This document shows, one piece after another, positions 35,707 to 47,766 of a stretch of DNA of 64,000 nucleotides. Below the pieces are notes generated by a model. The model was not told the DNA's origin and did not search any database. It was given only the letters and a program-made list of their open reading frames with translations. The number at the start of each line of letters is the position of its first letter. Within the stretch, counting starts at the first letter, position 1. This DNA is from an uncultured delta proteobacterium (lineage in GTDB: Bacteria > Desulfobacterota > WTBG01). The position numbers and the translations under genes were made by a program. The stretch is taken from contig CAWCBP010000014.1 of assembly GCA_963793865.1 (NCBI GenBank), forward strand, positions 1 to 64,000. Direction: 5' to 3'.

Positions 35707-37622
35707 ATGTACGGCTGGGCGGGAACCATTTTGCGGGTGGATTTGAGCAGCGGCAGGATTGAGCGGCAGCCGCTTGACAAAAAGCTGTGTGACGATTTTA
35801 TCGGCGGAAGGGGCATCAGCGCGAAAATCATTTTTGATGAGGTGCCGCCCGGCACGGAGCCGTTTTCCCCGCAGAACAAATTGATCTTCTCCTGCGGGCC
35901 GCTTTCGGGAACCTCCGCGCCATGCCCGGCACGGTTTCATGTGACCGGAAAGGCGCCCCTTACCGGCATCATGGGCAATTCCAACGCCGGCGGCTATTTC
36001 GGGCCGGCCATGAAACGCGCGGGATACGATCACATTATCATTGAGGGTAAATCCCAGGAACCGGTATATCTTATGGATTGATAATGATCGGGTTGAGATC
36101 AAAAAAGCAGGCCACCTCTGGGGCAAAAATATACGGGAGGCGGAGGCGCAGATCAAAAAGGAACGCAATGACAGAAGGGTCCGGGTGGCTGCCATCGGGC
36201 CGGCGGGTGAGAGACTGGTACGCATTGCCAATATCGTGCACGAAGAGCGCTCCGCGTCACGGACCGGCCTGGGGGCGGTGATGGGCTCCAAGCATTTAAA
36301 GGCCGTCGCCATCCGGGGATCGAAAGAAGTTAAACTGTTTGACCCCGAGGGATTCGCGCGCCTGGCCAAAGATATGCAGCAGCGCATCGCCAGATCGGAC
36401 AAGTATGACCATTTCCGCAAGAACGGAGGCTCAACCGGAACCTATGGCACCAGCAAGGCGGGTTTTCTGGCCAGCAGAAATTTCAATCAAACGGGGGATT
36501 TTGAAGGCATTGAAAACTTTAATCCCAGGAATGTTGCCCCCAGGTTTTATCTTTCCAACAAGCCCTGCTTCAAGTGCCCCATCGGGTGCGGCAAGCGATG
36601 GGAGGTGAAGGACGGTCCCTTTGCGGGTGAGTGGGGCAATAAAATCGAGGAGGGCGCATTTACGCCGCTGGGGCCGGTGTGCGGCAACAGCAACGTTGAA
36701 TCCGTTTTCAAGATGAACAATATGGCCAACCAGCTGGGGCTGGACACGATTGAGTGCGCCGCGGGAATGGCCGTGGTCATGGAGTGGTACGAGAAGGGCA
36801 TTGTTACCAGGAAAGATCTCGACGGCATCGAGCTCACCTGGGGAAACTACAATGCCATGATACAGATGATGGAAAAAGTCGCCTTTCGGCAGGGGGTGGG
36901 TGACATCCTGGCAGAAGGGTATTGTCAGGGCATCGCGCGCGTTCGGTGCAGAAGCGGAAAAATGCGTGAGCCACTCCAAGGGAATGGGCATGTCCGGGGT
37001 GGATTCGAGACTGATGAAAGGCACCTCCCTGGGATTCGCCACCTCCACCCGGGGTGCCTGCCACCTGACCGCGCTGGTGCCGGTGGAATTTCCCGCCTTC
37101 CCGGTTATGACCAAAGAGCAGGCAGAGGCAACCTTCGGTACGGCTGAGGTCATGGACCCCGCATCCTATAAGAAGGCAAGCGCGCTGATTTACTACCAGC
37201 ACAGAGCCCTGATGTGTGACCTGTTCCAGGTGTGCAAGTTCCTCCTGGGGCTGGGCACCGGTACCAAGGACTTTTCCTATGACAACCTCTACAGCCTCTT
37301 TTATCTTGCCACCGGGGTGCAGAGCGATGAAAAGGGTGTACTGACCGCTGCCGAGCGCGTGCACAATGTGGAGCGGGCATATGCCTGCCGGGAAGGTCTG
37401 GACAGGAAGGACGATCATTTGGTAGGCAAGTGGGCTGACGAGCCGGTTCCCAACGGCCCGCACAAGGGGGAAAAGCTTGATCCGGCCAAATGGGAGCAGA
37501 TGCTCGATGAGTATTATGATTTAAGAGGCTGGACGCGGAACGGCATTCCCGGCAAGGAGAAGCTTGCCGCGCTGGGCCTTGAAGATGTTGCCGCATCGCT
37601 GGAGGAGGCGAAGTTGTATTAG
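35707..37622 (+). CDS. aor: Aldehyde:ferredoxin oxidoreductase family (W/Mo-pterin), frameshifts near 36075 and 36920
   Basis: ILRVDLS, GGRG, SNAGG, AIGPAGE, GAVMGSKHLKA, CFKCPIGC, TSTRGACH, MLDEYYDLRGW. Confidence 0.9.
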
Positions 37623-37735
37623 AGTAGAAGGCGTTTTATCGTTTCATTCTATTGAAACGAAAATAAAGTTCGTTCCGTAGGGGCGACCGGCCGGTCGCCC
37701 CAATATTATGAAAAGACTTTGGGGATGGGGTGATT

Positions 37736-38461
37736 TTAATATGTCTTCTCAGCCCGCTTCACTGCCTTGACGAGATCCGCCGACTTGGGGTTGCTGACCT
37801 TGCGGCGCACGATGATTTCTATGGGCCGTACATCTCTTCCGTAGTATTCGCTGTTCCAGACATCATTCACCCGCATGGTGGAGCCGGAGAGCGAGAGACC
37901 GGCAAAAGCGCCTTTTGACTTGGCGAAACTGAAGTAGTCTGCGTCGAGGGTGGGCACCGTTGACGCCTCACCCGTTGCGCCGACCGGCCCGGCGGCAATC
38001 GAGGCTTCGGCACCGAGATTAACCGACGAAGTGTAAAATTCCTCCAGGCCGCGCAGGGTCCTGATCAGGACAATTACCTCGGAGGTCTTCCCGCCTATCT
38101 GCAATCCCCAGCTCACGCCCAGGTTGATGAGAAACACCGGCTCCGACCATTCGCCGGTAAGATCATCACGGGCAATGAGGATCGCCCTGCCGCCTGATCC
38201 GCCGAAGATGAATCCCCCCTTGATGAGCTGGGGAATGATAATGATGCCGTAGGAATCCTTGATGTGCTGCCGGAACCAGTCCAGCTTCGGCTCGGAGGTA
38301 AAACTGTTTAAGGTGACAATGGCCTTATCAATGAGGATTGTCTGGTTGGTTATTTCATCTACCACGATCTCCTCCTCCTCCGCATTGATGAAACCGGTGA
38401 GAAACAGGATGAGCATAGCCGCTAAAGATAGTGCCGTTGCGCTTTTGATCAATACCTTCAT
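37736..38461 (-). CDS. YSC84/SYLF lipid-binding domain protein, exported
   Basis: KGGFIFGGSGG, SWGLQIG, AAGPVG, KGAFAGLSL. Confidence 0.85.
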   Translation of the reverse strand: MKVLIKSATALSLAAMLILFLTGFINAEEEEIVVDEITNQTILIDKAIVTLNSFTSEPKLDWFRQHIKDSYGIIIIPQLIKGGFIFGGSGGRAILIARDDLTGEWSEPVFLINLGVSWGLQIGGKTSEVIVLIRTLRGLEEFYTSSVNLGAEASIAAGPVGATGEASTVPTLDADYFSFAKSKGAFAGLSLSGSTMRVNDVWNSEYYGRDVRPIEIIVRRKVSNPKSADLVKAVKRAEKTY

Positions 38462-38636
38462 TTCTTTATCTCCTTTCCAGAGGTGTGTGGTTACATTACT
38501 TGCTTCAGTTTCGTGCAGGGTCAAATCTGAGAATGTACCAGCCTTGTGATTGTCAATCTCTCAGAAATAGGTATAACCGGTAGGAGCGGCTTTTAGCCGC
38601 GAGTGCATCGCGCCTGAAGGTGCTCCTACCGAAATT

Positions 38637-40088
38637 TCAAACATCTTTGGTTGGACTTGCCTTTTTAGTTTTTGCCTGTGCAAACGCCTTGACGCTCTGC
38701 TGCTCCTGCATGAGTTTCCTTCTGTTGCCGGTGTGCTTTAAGCCGCACAGCATCATGGTCACGGCGTTTCGCCAGCCCATCAGCCGGTACCGGAACACCT
38801 TGCGCAGGATGGACAGGACATGAGGGAGCGAATAAAACCGTCCGTGAATCCGCTTGCGGATAGATTTAAGGTGATCGCGGGAATACTTCTTTGAGCAGAC
38901 ATATCCCTTGCCGTCCACGTAGTAGGATCCGCCGGACCGCATGACCATTTCCTCAAGCTGGGAGGCGTGCTCCATTTTGAGATAGCTGGGATAGATAAAA
39001 TCAAGTCCCAGCTCGCGGGCGAAATCCGCTATTTTGAGCATGTCGTCTTCAGTCTCTCCCAGGTTGCCGACGATAAAGTAGCCGACAAGCAGAAAAGGAT
39101 GCTTCCTGAGGCGGCTGCAGGCTTCCCGGGCCCTGGCGGTGTCAAACCCTTTCTCAAGTTCGCGCAGGGTTCTATCGCTGGTTGATTCTATGCCCAGCGA
39201 CAGAAGCTTGAAGCCGGCCTTCCACAGCTTGGCGAGAACCGCTTCATGAAAAGCGACCTCGATGCGGAGCGCGACACCGATGGTTTTTTTTATGTTTCGC
39301 TCTATAATGAGATCACACAATTCCTCAACCCTGCCAATGTCCGCGGCAAAGTGATCGTCGGTAAAGAGAACGTAGTCTGCTGCAAGTCCTTCCAGCTCTG
39401 CGACAACCGATTTCGCCGATCTGCCGGTCCAGGGCCTTTTTTCTCCCAGGGGTGTCCTGCTGAAGGTGCAGAACTTGCAGTGAAAGGGACAACCGCGGGA
39501 AGACGAGAGCACATCGAAGGCAATGCCGGTTTCAACCCTGCCCATGCGAATCCGGTAGGGCTGTATTCTGCCTTCCCTGTCAGGCCGGATGTCTTCGGGA
39601 ATGCCGTCAAAGCGGCGGTTGGGATTGTGGCGGACCGAGCCGTTTGCACGGTAGGAAAGACCGGCAATAGTCGGGAGCTTTCTCCCTGAAAAGAGTTCGC
39701 TTACGGTTTCCTCGCCGTCTCCCCGCACGACAAAATCAACCTTGGGGCAGGTCCTGAAGATCTCCTCGGTGCTGACGGTGGCGGCCCTGCCGCCGACAAT
39801 AATGGTCTGGTCCGGTTTAAAGAGGGCTGTCAGGAAAGGCAGCAGGGGGAGCTGGTCTTCCCAGTTGGCGCTGATGCACACCGCCTCCGCATCGAGCTGC
39901 CTGAGCCGCTCCGGATCAGGTTCAAAACGCATGTCAACCAGCCGGGTTTCCGCGCCTGTCTTCCTGACGGCCGCAGAGATGTATTCCAGGCCGAGGGGGG
40001 GAAGCCAGTTGGTTGCGCTGACACCTTTCCCCCAGGGATATATGCAAAGGGCATTTCGTGTTGAGGAAAGTGTGTTGCGTGCATCCAT
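38637..40088 (-). CDS. B12-binding domain radical SAM protein (start uncertain)
   Basis: PPLGLEYI, IVGG, RGDGE, SSRGCPFHCKFC, FTDDHF, GIES. Confidence 0.9.
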   Translation of the reverse strand: MDARNTLSSTRNALCIYPWGKGVSATNWLPPLGLEYISAAVRKTGAETRLVDMRFEPDPERLRQLDAEAVCISANWEDQLPLLPFLTALFKPDQTIIVGGRAATVSTEEIFRTCPKVDFVVRGDGEETVSELFSGRKLPTIAGLSYRANGSVRHNPNRRFDGIPEDIRPDREGRIQPYRIRMGRVETGIAFDVLSSSRGCPFHCKFCTFSRTPLGEKRPWTGRSAKSVVAELEGLAADYVLFTDDHFAADIGRVEELCDLIIERNIKKTIGVALRIEVAFHEAVLAKLWKAGFKLLSLGIESTSDRTLRELEKGFDTARAREACSRLRKHPFLLVGYFIVGNLGETEDDMLKIADFARELGLDFIYPSYLKMEHASQLEEMVMRSGGSYYVDGKGYVCSKKYSRDHLKSIRKRIHGRFYSLPHVLSILRKVFRYRLMGWRNAVTMMLCGLKHTGNRRKLMQEQQSVKAFAQAKTKKASPTKDV

Positions 40089-40169
40089 CGGATTAGCGTG
40101 AGTGCAATAGAATGAGATGTCCTGATGCCGGATGATCCCAATTCGATGCAACCATATCATTTTTCATTG

Positions 40170-40202
40170 AAAAAGAAAAGCCCCGCAGCACGCTGCGGGG
40201 CG
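40170..40202 (-). terminator. Intrinsic terminator after pagL-like gene
   Basis: Minus strand GCCCCGCAGC-GT-GCTGCGGGGC followed by TTTTCTTTTT. Confidence 0.75.
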
Positions 40203-40225
40203 CTCGCGGGAACTGCTCCCTGTGG

Positions 40226-40840
40226 TTACTGAAAGAAGTAGCTCACCCCCACCAGCCCGAAGTGATGATCGATGCCCTCGTTATCACCGTCCATGCCCGC
40301 GTTGGACAGGTGGCGGAAACGATAACCGGCGGTCAGCGCGACCTGATTGGTAAGGAAAAAGTGAATGCCCGCGCCCGCCTGCGTGAGAAAGTTGAACTGT
40401 GTACCCTGTTCGTGTGTATGCTGGGTGGTGTATATCATCCCCAAACCACCCTCAATATAGGGGGCTATGCGTGAGGTGATCTTTTGCGAATACTTGAGAA
40501 AGAACGAACATCCCACCTCCGCATTGGCGTCAGGACGGGTCACCACATTCATGAGCGGTTCGATCATGCCTTCGAAGGTGCCTTTCGGTTCGATGTGGAG
40601 TTTTTTTGCCAGCGGATTGATGTCAAATCCGAACTGGGGCAGGAGGGGAATGACTTCATATTCCGATGCTTTCTTGCTGAGAGGTGCCGATCCATAACCG
40701 CTCAGTAGTCCTATCTCTCTCAGCCATTTGTGAGGCTTTTCCTCCGGCGGCGCTGCATCTGTTTTCGATGGGGTGAGCATCAGTAGGAACACAACCAGCA
40801 GGCCCAGGAAAATAAAAGCATTCAACGTCCTTCTTCTCAT
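40226..40840 (-). CDS. PagL-like outer-membrane acyloxyacyl hydrolase (lipid A 3-O-deacylase family)
   Basis: Signal peptide; PYIEGGLG, FNFLTQAGAG, catalytic RHLSNAG, C-terminal aromatic barrel strand. Confidence 0.85.
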   Translation of the reverse strand: MRRRTLNAFIFLGLLVVFLLMLTPSKTDAAPPEEKPHKWLREIGLLSGYGSAPLSKKASEYEVIPLLPQFGFDINPLAKKLHIEPKGTFEGMIEPLMNVVTRPDANAEVGCSFFLKYSQKITSRIAPYIEGGLGMIYTTQHTHEQGTQFNFLTQAGAGIHFFLTNQVALTAGYRFRHLSNAGMDGDNEGIDHHFGLVGVSYFFQ

Positions 40841-40965
40841 CTTTCAGATCCTTTAACCAATCTACATGAGTTGCATCATTCACTATTGGTTGCGCGGTGC
40901 TTGTGTTCATGTAGCATCATTCCGAGCGACCGTCAACAAAATTTGCTGTCGGGAGTTCAACCGGT

Positions 40966-43900
40966 TTATTTCATCCGCAGATCTACACGGCTTGCCGGCA
41001 GGTTCTCCTTTTGCTCAGGTGCCGGAGACGGCGATTCCACCAGGAATAGCCTTCCCGCGGCAACCTGCCCCTGGACCGAAAGGTAGTCCATCACCGCCCC
41101 GGCGCGCCCCTTGGCGAGCGCGCCCAGATCATCATCAGTGATGCTGATATTTTTCTTCATCAGCGCCTCCATTTCCGCTGCCGGCAGGGATTTGGCGATC
41201 CCCAGCAGACCTTTCGGCTTCTCGAATTTCGCCGAGCGATACGCCTTGCCGAGCAGCTTTTCATATTCCTCCGGCGCAAGATCTGTCAGGGAAACGGCCG
41301 CTCCATCCTGATCCGCTTTTTTCCGTGACCTGTGCGCCAGCAGCAGCTGTTCAAATGCCGCATCAACCAGGCCCTGCCGGTCTGCCTCCACGTCCACAAA
41401 CCCGGAGATGTCAATGCTCAGACCCGGACGGTCCGCCAGCGCCTTTGCCAGCGTTGCCAGCTTCGCCTGTTCGGTTTCGCTCAGCCGGCTGCTGCCCTGC
41501 TCAAAGGTAACATAGCTTAAATCCTCGGATGATCCCATCATGGAGCCTAAGCAGTGAGAACGGGGACGTGGCGGCCTTGAGCAGCAGGTTTTTAAGCACT
41601 TTGATTAAGACCCCGACAATGCTGAACTCCGGATCATCAAGCCGGCCGGAAACCGGAAGATTAAGTTTTATTTTGCCACTGCTGTCCTTGAGCAGCGAAA
41701 CGCCCAGTTTTACCGGGAGATCAACGGCATCAGGACTTTCCACCTTTTCCCCGAAGTCAAACTGATCAATGATGATATCATTGGTTGAGTCAAGTTTCTT
41801 ATCATCAATCAGGTAGTGCAGGTCCAGAGAAAGCTTTCCCTTCTGAATCCGGTGGCCCACATATTTCCCTGAATAGGGGGTGAAAGGGCTCAGGTCCATA
41901 TCATTGAGCTTTACGGCAAGGTCCAAAAACAAGGCATCCCTGAAGGGATTGAGCGTGCCGGTAATTTTGACAGGTGAGGAGTTATTAATGCTGGCAGTCA
42001 ATAGCACATCTGCTTTTTGTTCCTGCTTCGATGAAATGTTACGTATGGTGCCGTTCAGACTGGTAATACTGGCGGAGTAGGCGGGCATGACGGATCGGTC
42101 GGTAAGATTGATCTTCCCGTCCTTCATGGCAATTACTCCGATGGTGAGCGGCAGCGGTTCTGATTGTTGCGGCTCGGGCGGTGAGGGCGGAGGCGGTTCC
42201 TGCGCTTCCCCTTTTGCCGGCGGCTGCAGTGATGCAGTCTTCGGGGTCATACTGCTGGTCAGGTTGACCGTTTTGTCCTGGTTGACAACAATATTGGAAA
42301 AGAGCTTCTCAAGGTTTATGTCCTTTATGCTGATGGCAAGCGGAGAGGTTCCGATATCTATGCCGCCTGCCTTGAGCTGTTTCCATTTCAAAAGGTCGGT
42401 TGCTGTGTTCTGCTCCTTCAGGGCAAAGTCAGCTATCGCCGTATTGCCGGCAAAGGTGGTTGCCATTGCCTCCTGCTCCTGAGAGAGCTTGAGGGTGCCT
42501 GCGGTAGAAAGCCTGCCACCGGCAAGGGTGGCATTCATAATGCCTGCGAGAAAGGGTTGAAATTCCGCCATTTCGATTTCTTTAAGGTCCAGGTTGAGAT
42601 TTGCGGAAAGAGGAGTGAGGCAGCAGTCACCTTTGGCGGCAACCGTTCCCGCTTCGTTTACCCGGCAGGAAAAATCAATCTGACTTTTTGCGGCAGCGCG
42701 GGTGGAAACATCACGGGCGTCGAGGGTTATCCCGTCAAGGGTGAGGTTGCTGTCCTCTTCCGCGGTGAGCTGTTCTCCCTGGAAACTGCACCCCTGCAGG
42801 GAGATTTTCTTAACCGTGGTTACCCAGGAGGGGCCGTCCGGGGCAGGGGGCGATCCCTGTTCCGCCGCGGACTCCGGTGGCGCAATGGCCTGCGCATTGA
42901 GGTCCCCCCCGCCGGCAGGTCTCCTGATAAGCACCGAGCATCCCTCGGCGGCAATGGCTTCCACCATCACTTCCTGTTTTGCGGCATCGAGCGATATGCC
43001 GTTCACCGACAAGGCGGGTAGCTTTAGTAAATCCGCCTTTGTAACTGCAGCGTCTTTTTCAGCTTTATAAGAATCGCTGACGGACACACTGGCGTCCTTT
43101 AAGACAATTTCATCAATCGTAAGCTCAAACGGTTTTTTCCGTGGTGCTGCTGCAGGCGGTGGCGGCTGCTGCGCCGTCTCCTCTGAGGCGACCACATTGT
43201 AAATATTAACCTTCCCGTTCCGGTCACGCGCAAGGCCCATAGCGGTCCCCTCCAGCAGGATTTTTCCGAGGTGCACCTTCCCGGCCAAAAAGCTGGACGG
43301 GGCTACGGCAACCTGCAGGAGGCCAAGTTTCAGCAGCTGGTTGTTGTCGGCGTCCATAATGCCGAGGTCTTTTATGATTACCTCTCCGTTCACCTGCGAT
43401 TTTGGTTCCTTATCTTTATACCTGGTGAAGGTTAATTCGGCGGCAACATCAAGTGTGCCCGATGTGACATCTATGCCGGTTTTTACCGGAACATAGGCAA
43501 AATAATAGGGCAGATCAATTCCCTTGAGATTGATGTTGAGCGTGCTCTCCAGGGAATCGGCAAAAGGCTTGGTTTGGCCGGTCATGGTTATGGGTGTCTT
43601 ATTGACTTCCGCCGTGAAGCGGGGCTGGGTGAATATCTCCACAGCAGTGCCGATATTGGAAATGAACGGTATGTCGAAATTCAGGTTATTAATGGTGTGC
43701 ACCGTATTGACCACTTGATCGTGAATCTCCGCCTGCCCGTTTGAGATCCGTATATTATTGAGGGAAAATCTGAGCGGTGCCGGGGCTTCCCCGGATGGAG
43801 CCGGTTTTTCTGTCTCCGGCCCCTGCGGGGTGATGATGTCGGTGAAATTGAAGGTGTTGTCCCCCGCGCGCACCACCCGGACGTACGGGCCGTCAAGTTG

Positions 43901-44230
43901 CAGCTCTTCAACGACCGGGGCCAGCTTGAGAATGGAAGCTGTGGAGAGGTTTGCGTACAGTTTATTGAATGCTACGAAATCAGCCTGCCCCTGCTGTTCC
44001 TGTATGGTCAGCTTTTCCACCGTGAGCGAAATGGCATAGGGGTTGAGCCTCACTGACCCGATGCTCACCGGACGGTTGAGAGCCTCGGAGAGTTTCTTGA
44101 CCGCGATCAGCTTTATGGTGAAAGGAAGGATCAGGAAGCCGAACAGGGTATAGGCAGCCATGATTATGACTACCCAGAGGAAAGGTTTTTTGAATCGTCC
44201 CAGGCGGTTAAGCGGCTGTAAGATGTTCAT
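40966..44230 (-). CDS. DUF748 repeat protein with C-terminal OmpA-like segment (frameshift near 41545)
   Basis: YTLFGFLILP, LNPY, PYSGKYVG, GKLSLDL, AATSPF; continuation RPGLSIDISG...RVDLRMK. Confidence 0.85.
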
Positions 44231-44258
44231 GGCGATCCCTCCTTAATTTTATTCATAA

Positions 44259-46838
44259 TCAAGGTAAGATCTTATCTACTGCCCGCAATTGAACATCCGG
44301 TTTGGCAAAGGGACCGCGGGCGATGAGGTTAAAGGACAGGGTGGCCTTTTTTACTCGGTCTAAATGCTTGCCCACCAGCGGTATTTTTTGCACCAGGGAG
44401 TCTATGGTGCCTGTGGGGATGACATTTATGGTGATATCCATTTCTGCCCGGACCAGGTCAAACGCCCCCTTGAAGGCAAAGTCCGCATCATCGCCCACAA
44501 AGTATAAATCTTCTGTCCGGGCAATGCCGTCAGTAATAGTAAACGAACCGTCAATTTTTTTAAAAACCATGCGGCTTACATCGAGGGTGCGGGTGAGTGT
44601 TTTTGCAACATCGCGAAGGATGGTGATAATGTTCAAATCCCGGATGCCGGGTATGGGGACAATGCCCTGGGTGAATCGCAAGGCGAAAAGAATGCTGTTA
44701 AACAGGGCAGATTGTCTGATTTCCCCCTGAGATGCTGATATCCTGACATCCCCCTGCATTGATTGCCACACATCTTCCTTTTTGCCGGCAGCGCTGCCTC
44801 TCAGCCAGCCCTGTGCCCGCAAGAGGCCCTTTGCCGTGGCAATGGTTTCCCCGGTAAAAAACTGGGCGCACAGCGCTTCAATGTCCATGTTTTCTCCGGT
44901 AAAGGAGGTAAACCAGGTAGTGTTGCCCCTTTGGCAGGAGAGATGGAACGCACCGTCAAGCGTGCCGCCGAACAGATCCGCATAGAGCGGTTCAAACTTC
45001 TGGAACCTGCCCGAGGTATGCCATAGGGTTGAAACCGCCCCGGTTCTGAGCTTCCCAAAGCACAGAAACGGGGCGTCGACTGCAATATCGAGTGCAAAAC
45101 CCGGTGCGGCGTCAGGTTCGGGCGGCGGTTCCTGGGGAGGCTTCTCGTGTTTCCGGAATGCCCTGATGAGCGCGTCTATGTCGAGCCCTGCGGTGTAGAG
45201 CTGACCGGTGATCTGCGGATACCCGGCAATGGTAATCTCGGCTTTGCCCTGACAGGGAAATTCACCCAAAAAAAAAGATGCCCGGGGTATGACCACCAGG
45301 TTGTTAATCGCTTCAATCGACGCATTCACCTTATCAAAAGGCTCCTGCATGATTTTGAGGGTAAGTGTCCCATCCTGCATCAAGGCCCGGGCCCGGTACT
45401 GCAGTTCATCCTGATCCCGGCTTTTTTGCCATGCCTCCGCGGACAGGGTCATTACGCCTCCCCCGCAATGCACGACCCGCAGTTGATTAAACAGGGGGAG
45501 GGCGATCGGCGATGTGCGCAGGGAAGTTTGCATCCAGGGATCCGATCCGGGTTTCATGGATGCCGCGCCGGTTATTTTGTTCTCCCCCAGCATCAGCTCG
45601 AAATTATTGATGATGAGCTCATCAATCGCGGAGAACTGGGCGTCAAAGAGTAGGCTGGCCGGGCTGCCGGACTCTTTGCTCATGATGTCAGGCAGGGTGA
45701 AGGCCGTTTTGGTGAGATCTACGGTTGCGCTCAGGGCTGTCAAACCCGCTGACGCGTTGATGTTGATGCGGGCGTCTGCCGGCCCCGTAAGGCCAAGATT
45801 CGAGAGGGCATTGCTTTTTACCAGGGGAACCGTCTCGTCGAGAGAAAGGCGGGAGGTGCCTTCCAGGCGGGCGGCCCGTTCTTTCTGCCAGAGGTTGTTG
45901 ACGCTCCCTGAAAATGCAAAGGTGTTTTTCCCCCAGCGCAGGTCGAGGTTGTCAATGGTGCATAATCCCGTTTCCGCCTGCAGCGTACCCGTCGCGGAGC
46001 CCCGGGCGGGCAGGCCGGCAGTGGCCAGGGGATCAATCGAGAAGGTTGTTTTGAGCGCCATTGCCCTGGTGCTGCCCGAGGCCCTGAGCGCCACATCGGC
46101 AACCTTTGAGCCGGAAGGCAGCCTGCCTGATGCAATGTCCTCAAGCGGACCTTCCTTGCGCAGCTGCACCTTTGCGCTGATGTCGGGGAGGGGATCCGCG
46201 GTAAAAAGATTTGCAATGGTGCCGGAAAGTTCCGCCGTCAGCGAGGGCATTGCCAGCGAAGCGGAATCAATGGTGACGGCCTGCTCGCGCAGGTTGATCG
46301 TGCCGGCAAGGTTGTCGAATGTCATATGCCGCCCCAGCTTTTCATCGCTGATTGTAATGGAGCCGTTCCTGATGGTGATCTTTTTGAACTCCATCCGGGC
46401 CGGGGGCTGCGCCTGGTCCGGGGCGGCGGTTGCGGCGCTCGCGTTTCGGACCGCGTCCGCGATATTCCATGTGCCGGCGGCGTTGCGCACAATGTTGACC
46501 CGGGGGGAGCCGACGCTGACCGTTTCCACCACAAACCGCCGCTTGAGGAGCTGCAGGGTGTCGAGATCGAAGCGAATCTTTTCAGCGGCGGCGATCTCCC
46601 GTGACGACGGCATGTCGAGGATTTTCATGTCATGGGCGGTAAATTCAACATCCGGATAAAAGCCCACGGAAAAGTCGCGCATGGTTACCGTCCGGTTAAG
46701 CCTGCTCGAAAGCTCCCCGGTGATAAGGTCCTTCACCTGATCGGGGGGGGCAAAGTACCACAGGGCGGCGACCGCCGCTGCGATCACCAGCAGCAGGAGG
46801 AAAACGGCTATGGCAACGGTTTTCGGCAGACGGTTCAT
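44259..46838 (-). CDS. AsmA family protein
   Basis: N-terminal TM; RNAAGTWNI; FGGTLDG; F..IDGSFTITDGIARTEDL; GPFAKP. Confidence 0.8.
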   Translation of the reverse strand: MNRLPKTVAIAVFLLLLVIAAAVAALWYFAPPDQVKDLITGELSSRLNRTVTMRDFSVGFYPDVEFTAHDMKILDMPSSREIAAAEKIRFDLDTLQLLKRRFVVETVSVGSPRVNIVRNAAGTWNIADAVRNASAATAAPDQAQPPARMEFKKITIRNGSITISDEKLGRHMTFDNLAGTINLREQAVTIDSASLAMPSLTAELSGTIANLFTADPLPDISAKVQLRKEGPLEDIASGRLPSGSKVADVALRASGSTRAMALKTTFSIDPLATAGLPARGSATGTLQAETGLCTIDNLDLRWGKNTFAFSGSVNNLWQKERAARLEGTSRLSLDETVPLVKSNALSNLGLTGPADARININASAGLTALSATVDLTKTAFTLPDIMSKESGSPASLLFDAQFSAIDELIINNFELMLGENKITGAASMKPGSDPWMQTSLRTSPIALPLFNQLRVVHCGGGVMTLSAEAWQKSRDQDELQYRARALMQDGTLTLKIMQEPFDKVNASIEAINNLVVIPRASFFLGEFPCQGKAEITIAGYPQITGQLYTAGLDIDALIRAFRKHEKPPQEPPPEPDAAPGFALDIAVDAPFLCFGKLRTGAVSTLWHTSGRFQKFEPLYADLFGGTLDGAFHLSCQRGNTTWFTSFTGENMDIEALCAQFFTGETIATAKGLLRAQGWLRGSAAGKKEDVWQSMQGDVRISASQGEIRQSALFNSILFALRFTQGIVPIPGIRDLNIITILRDVAKTLTRTLDVSRMVFKKIDGSFTITDGIARTEDLYFVGDDADFAFKGAFDLVRAEMDITINVIPTGTIDSLVQKIPLVGKHLDRVKKATLSFNLIARGPFAKPDVQLRAVDKILP

Positions 46839-46895
46839 AAGGGCAGAAGGAATTTCATCCGGCTTGATGCCGGTGTGAGAAGGCTTTATGCATGC

Positions 46896-47411
46896 TTACG
46901 TCCAGCGCTCCTCTTTTACTATCTCTTTCAGTGAAAGGCGATTTTTCTTTGCGGGGGAGCTTTTTTCCGGATATCCCACGGGCAGGAGCGCAACCACGCG
47001 GATAGGCTTCGGGATGCCGAGAATCTTCCGGACCTCGCTCTCGTAAAATGCCCCGATCCAGCAGGTGCCCAGACCCTCGGCCGCCGCGCACAGCGTAATG
47101 TGATCGACGGCGATGGCGACATCGATGGGATAGCAGAGCTGTCCGCATGCCATCTCGTGGTTGTCGGTTTCCGCGCAGCACACCAGCACCACCGGGGCCT
47201 CGCCGACGAATTTCTGGCCCATGGCCGCCGCTGCCAGCTCTTTTCGCTTTTCCGCGTCACGCACCACGATGAAGCGCCATTCCTGCCGGTTGCTGGCTGA
47301 GGGGGCGAGCCGCGCCGCTTCCAGCAGCCGGGAAATCATATCCGGCGCCACGTCTTTTGCCTTGAATGCTCTGTCGCTTGTGCGCGCTTTGATGGCCTCA
47401 TAGACATCCAT
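46896..47411 (-). CDS. Nitroreductase family protein
   Basis: AIKARTS.RAF, APSASNRQEWRF, GLGTCWIG, LPVGYP. Confidence 0.9.
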   Translation of the reverse strand: MDVYEAIKARTSDRAFKAKDVAPDMISRLLEAARLAPSASNRQEWRFIVVRDAEKRKELAAAAMGQKFVGEAPVVLVCCAETDNHEMACGQLCYPIDVAIAVDHITLCAAAEGLGTCWIGAFYESEVRKILGIPKPIRVVALLPVGYPEKSSPAKKNRLSLKEIVKEERWT

Positions 47412-47452
47412 GGCGGTCCTCCCTACTGTTAGAAACCATATTTGGAAAGACG

Positions 47453-47628
47453 AACGTCGAACATTCAACTTCCAACATTCAACGTTGAACGCAAGAGGTT
47501 TTTATTCGATGTTAACGTTATGTGAAATTATGAAGGTTGAACATTAACTCTCAACCATCCAACGTTCGAACCAAAGCGGTTTTTCTTGGCCGTTGACAAC
47601 TTATGTTGGACGTTGGGATTGCAGTTTG
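47453..47628. repeat. 7-bp AAC-periodic repeat element
   Basis: AACGTCG AACATTC AACTTCC AACATTC AACGTTG AAC; complementary GTTGGAC GTTGGGA near 47605. Confidence 0.7.
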
Positions 47629-47766
47629 CTGAGCATGATAGGACGAACATCCAACATGCCGCTCTCAATAATGGAGGGCCATGCTCCGTCATGGCCGCAT
47701 ACAAATATAATCGAACGCAACGGAGTGCGTCCCTCCATATAATCTATATTTGTATTAAACCTGCCT

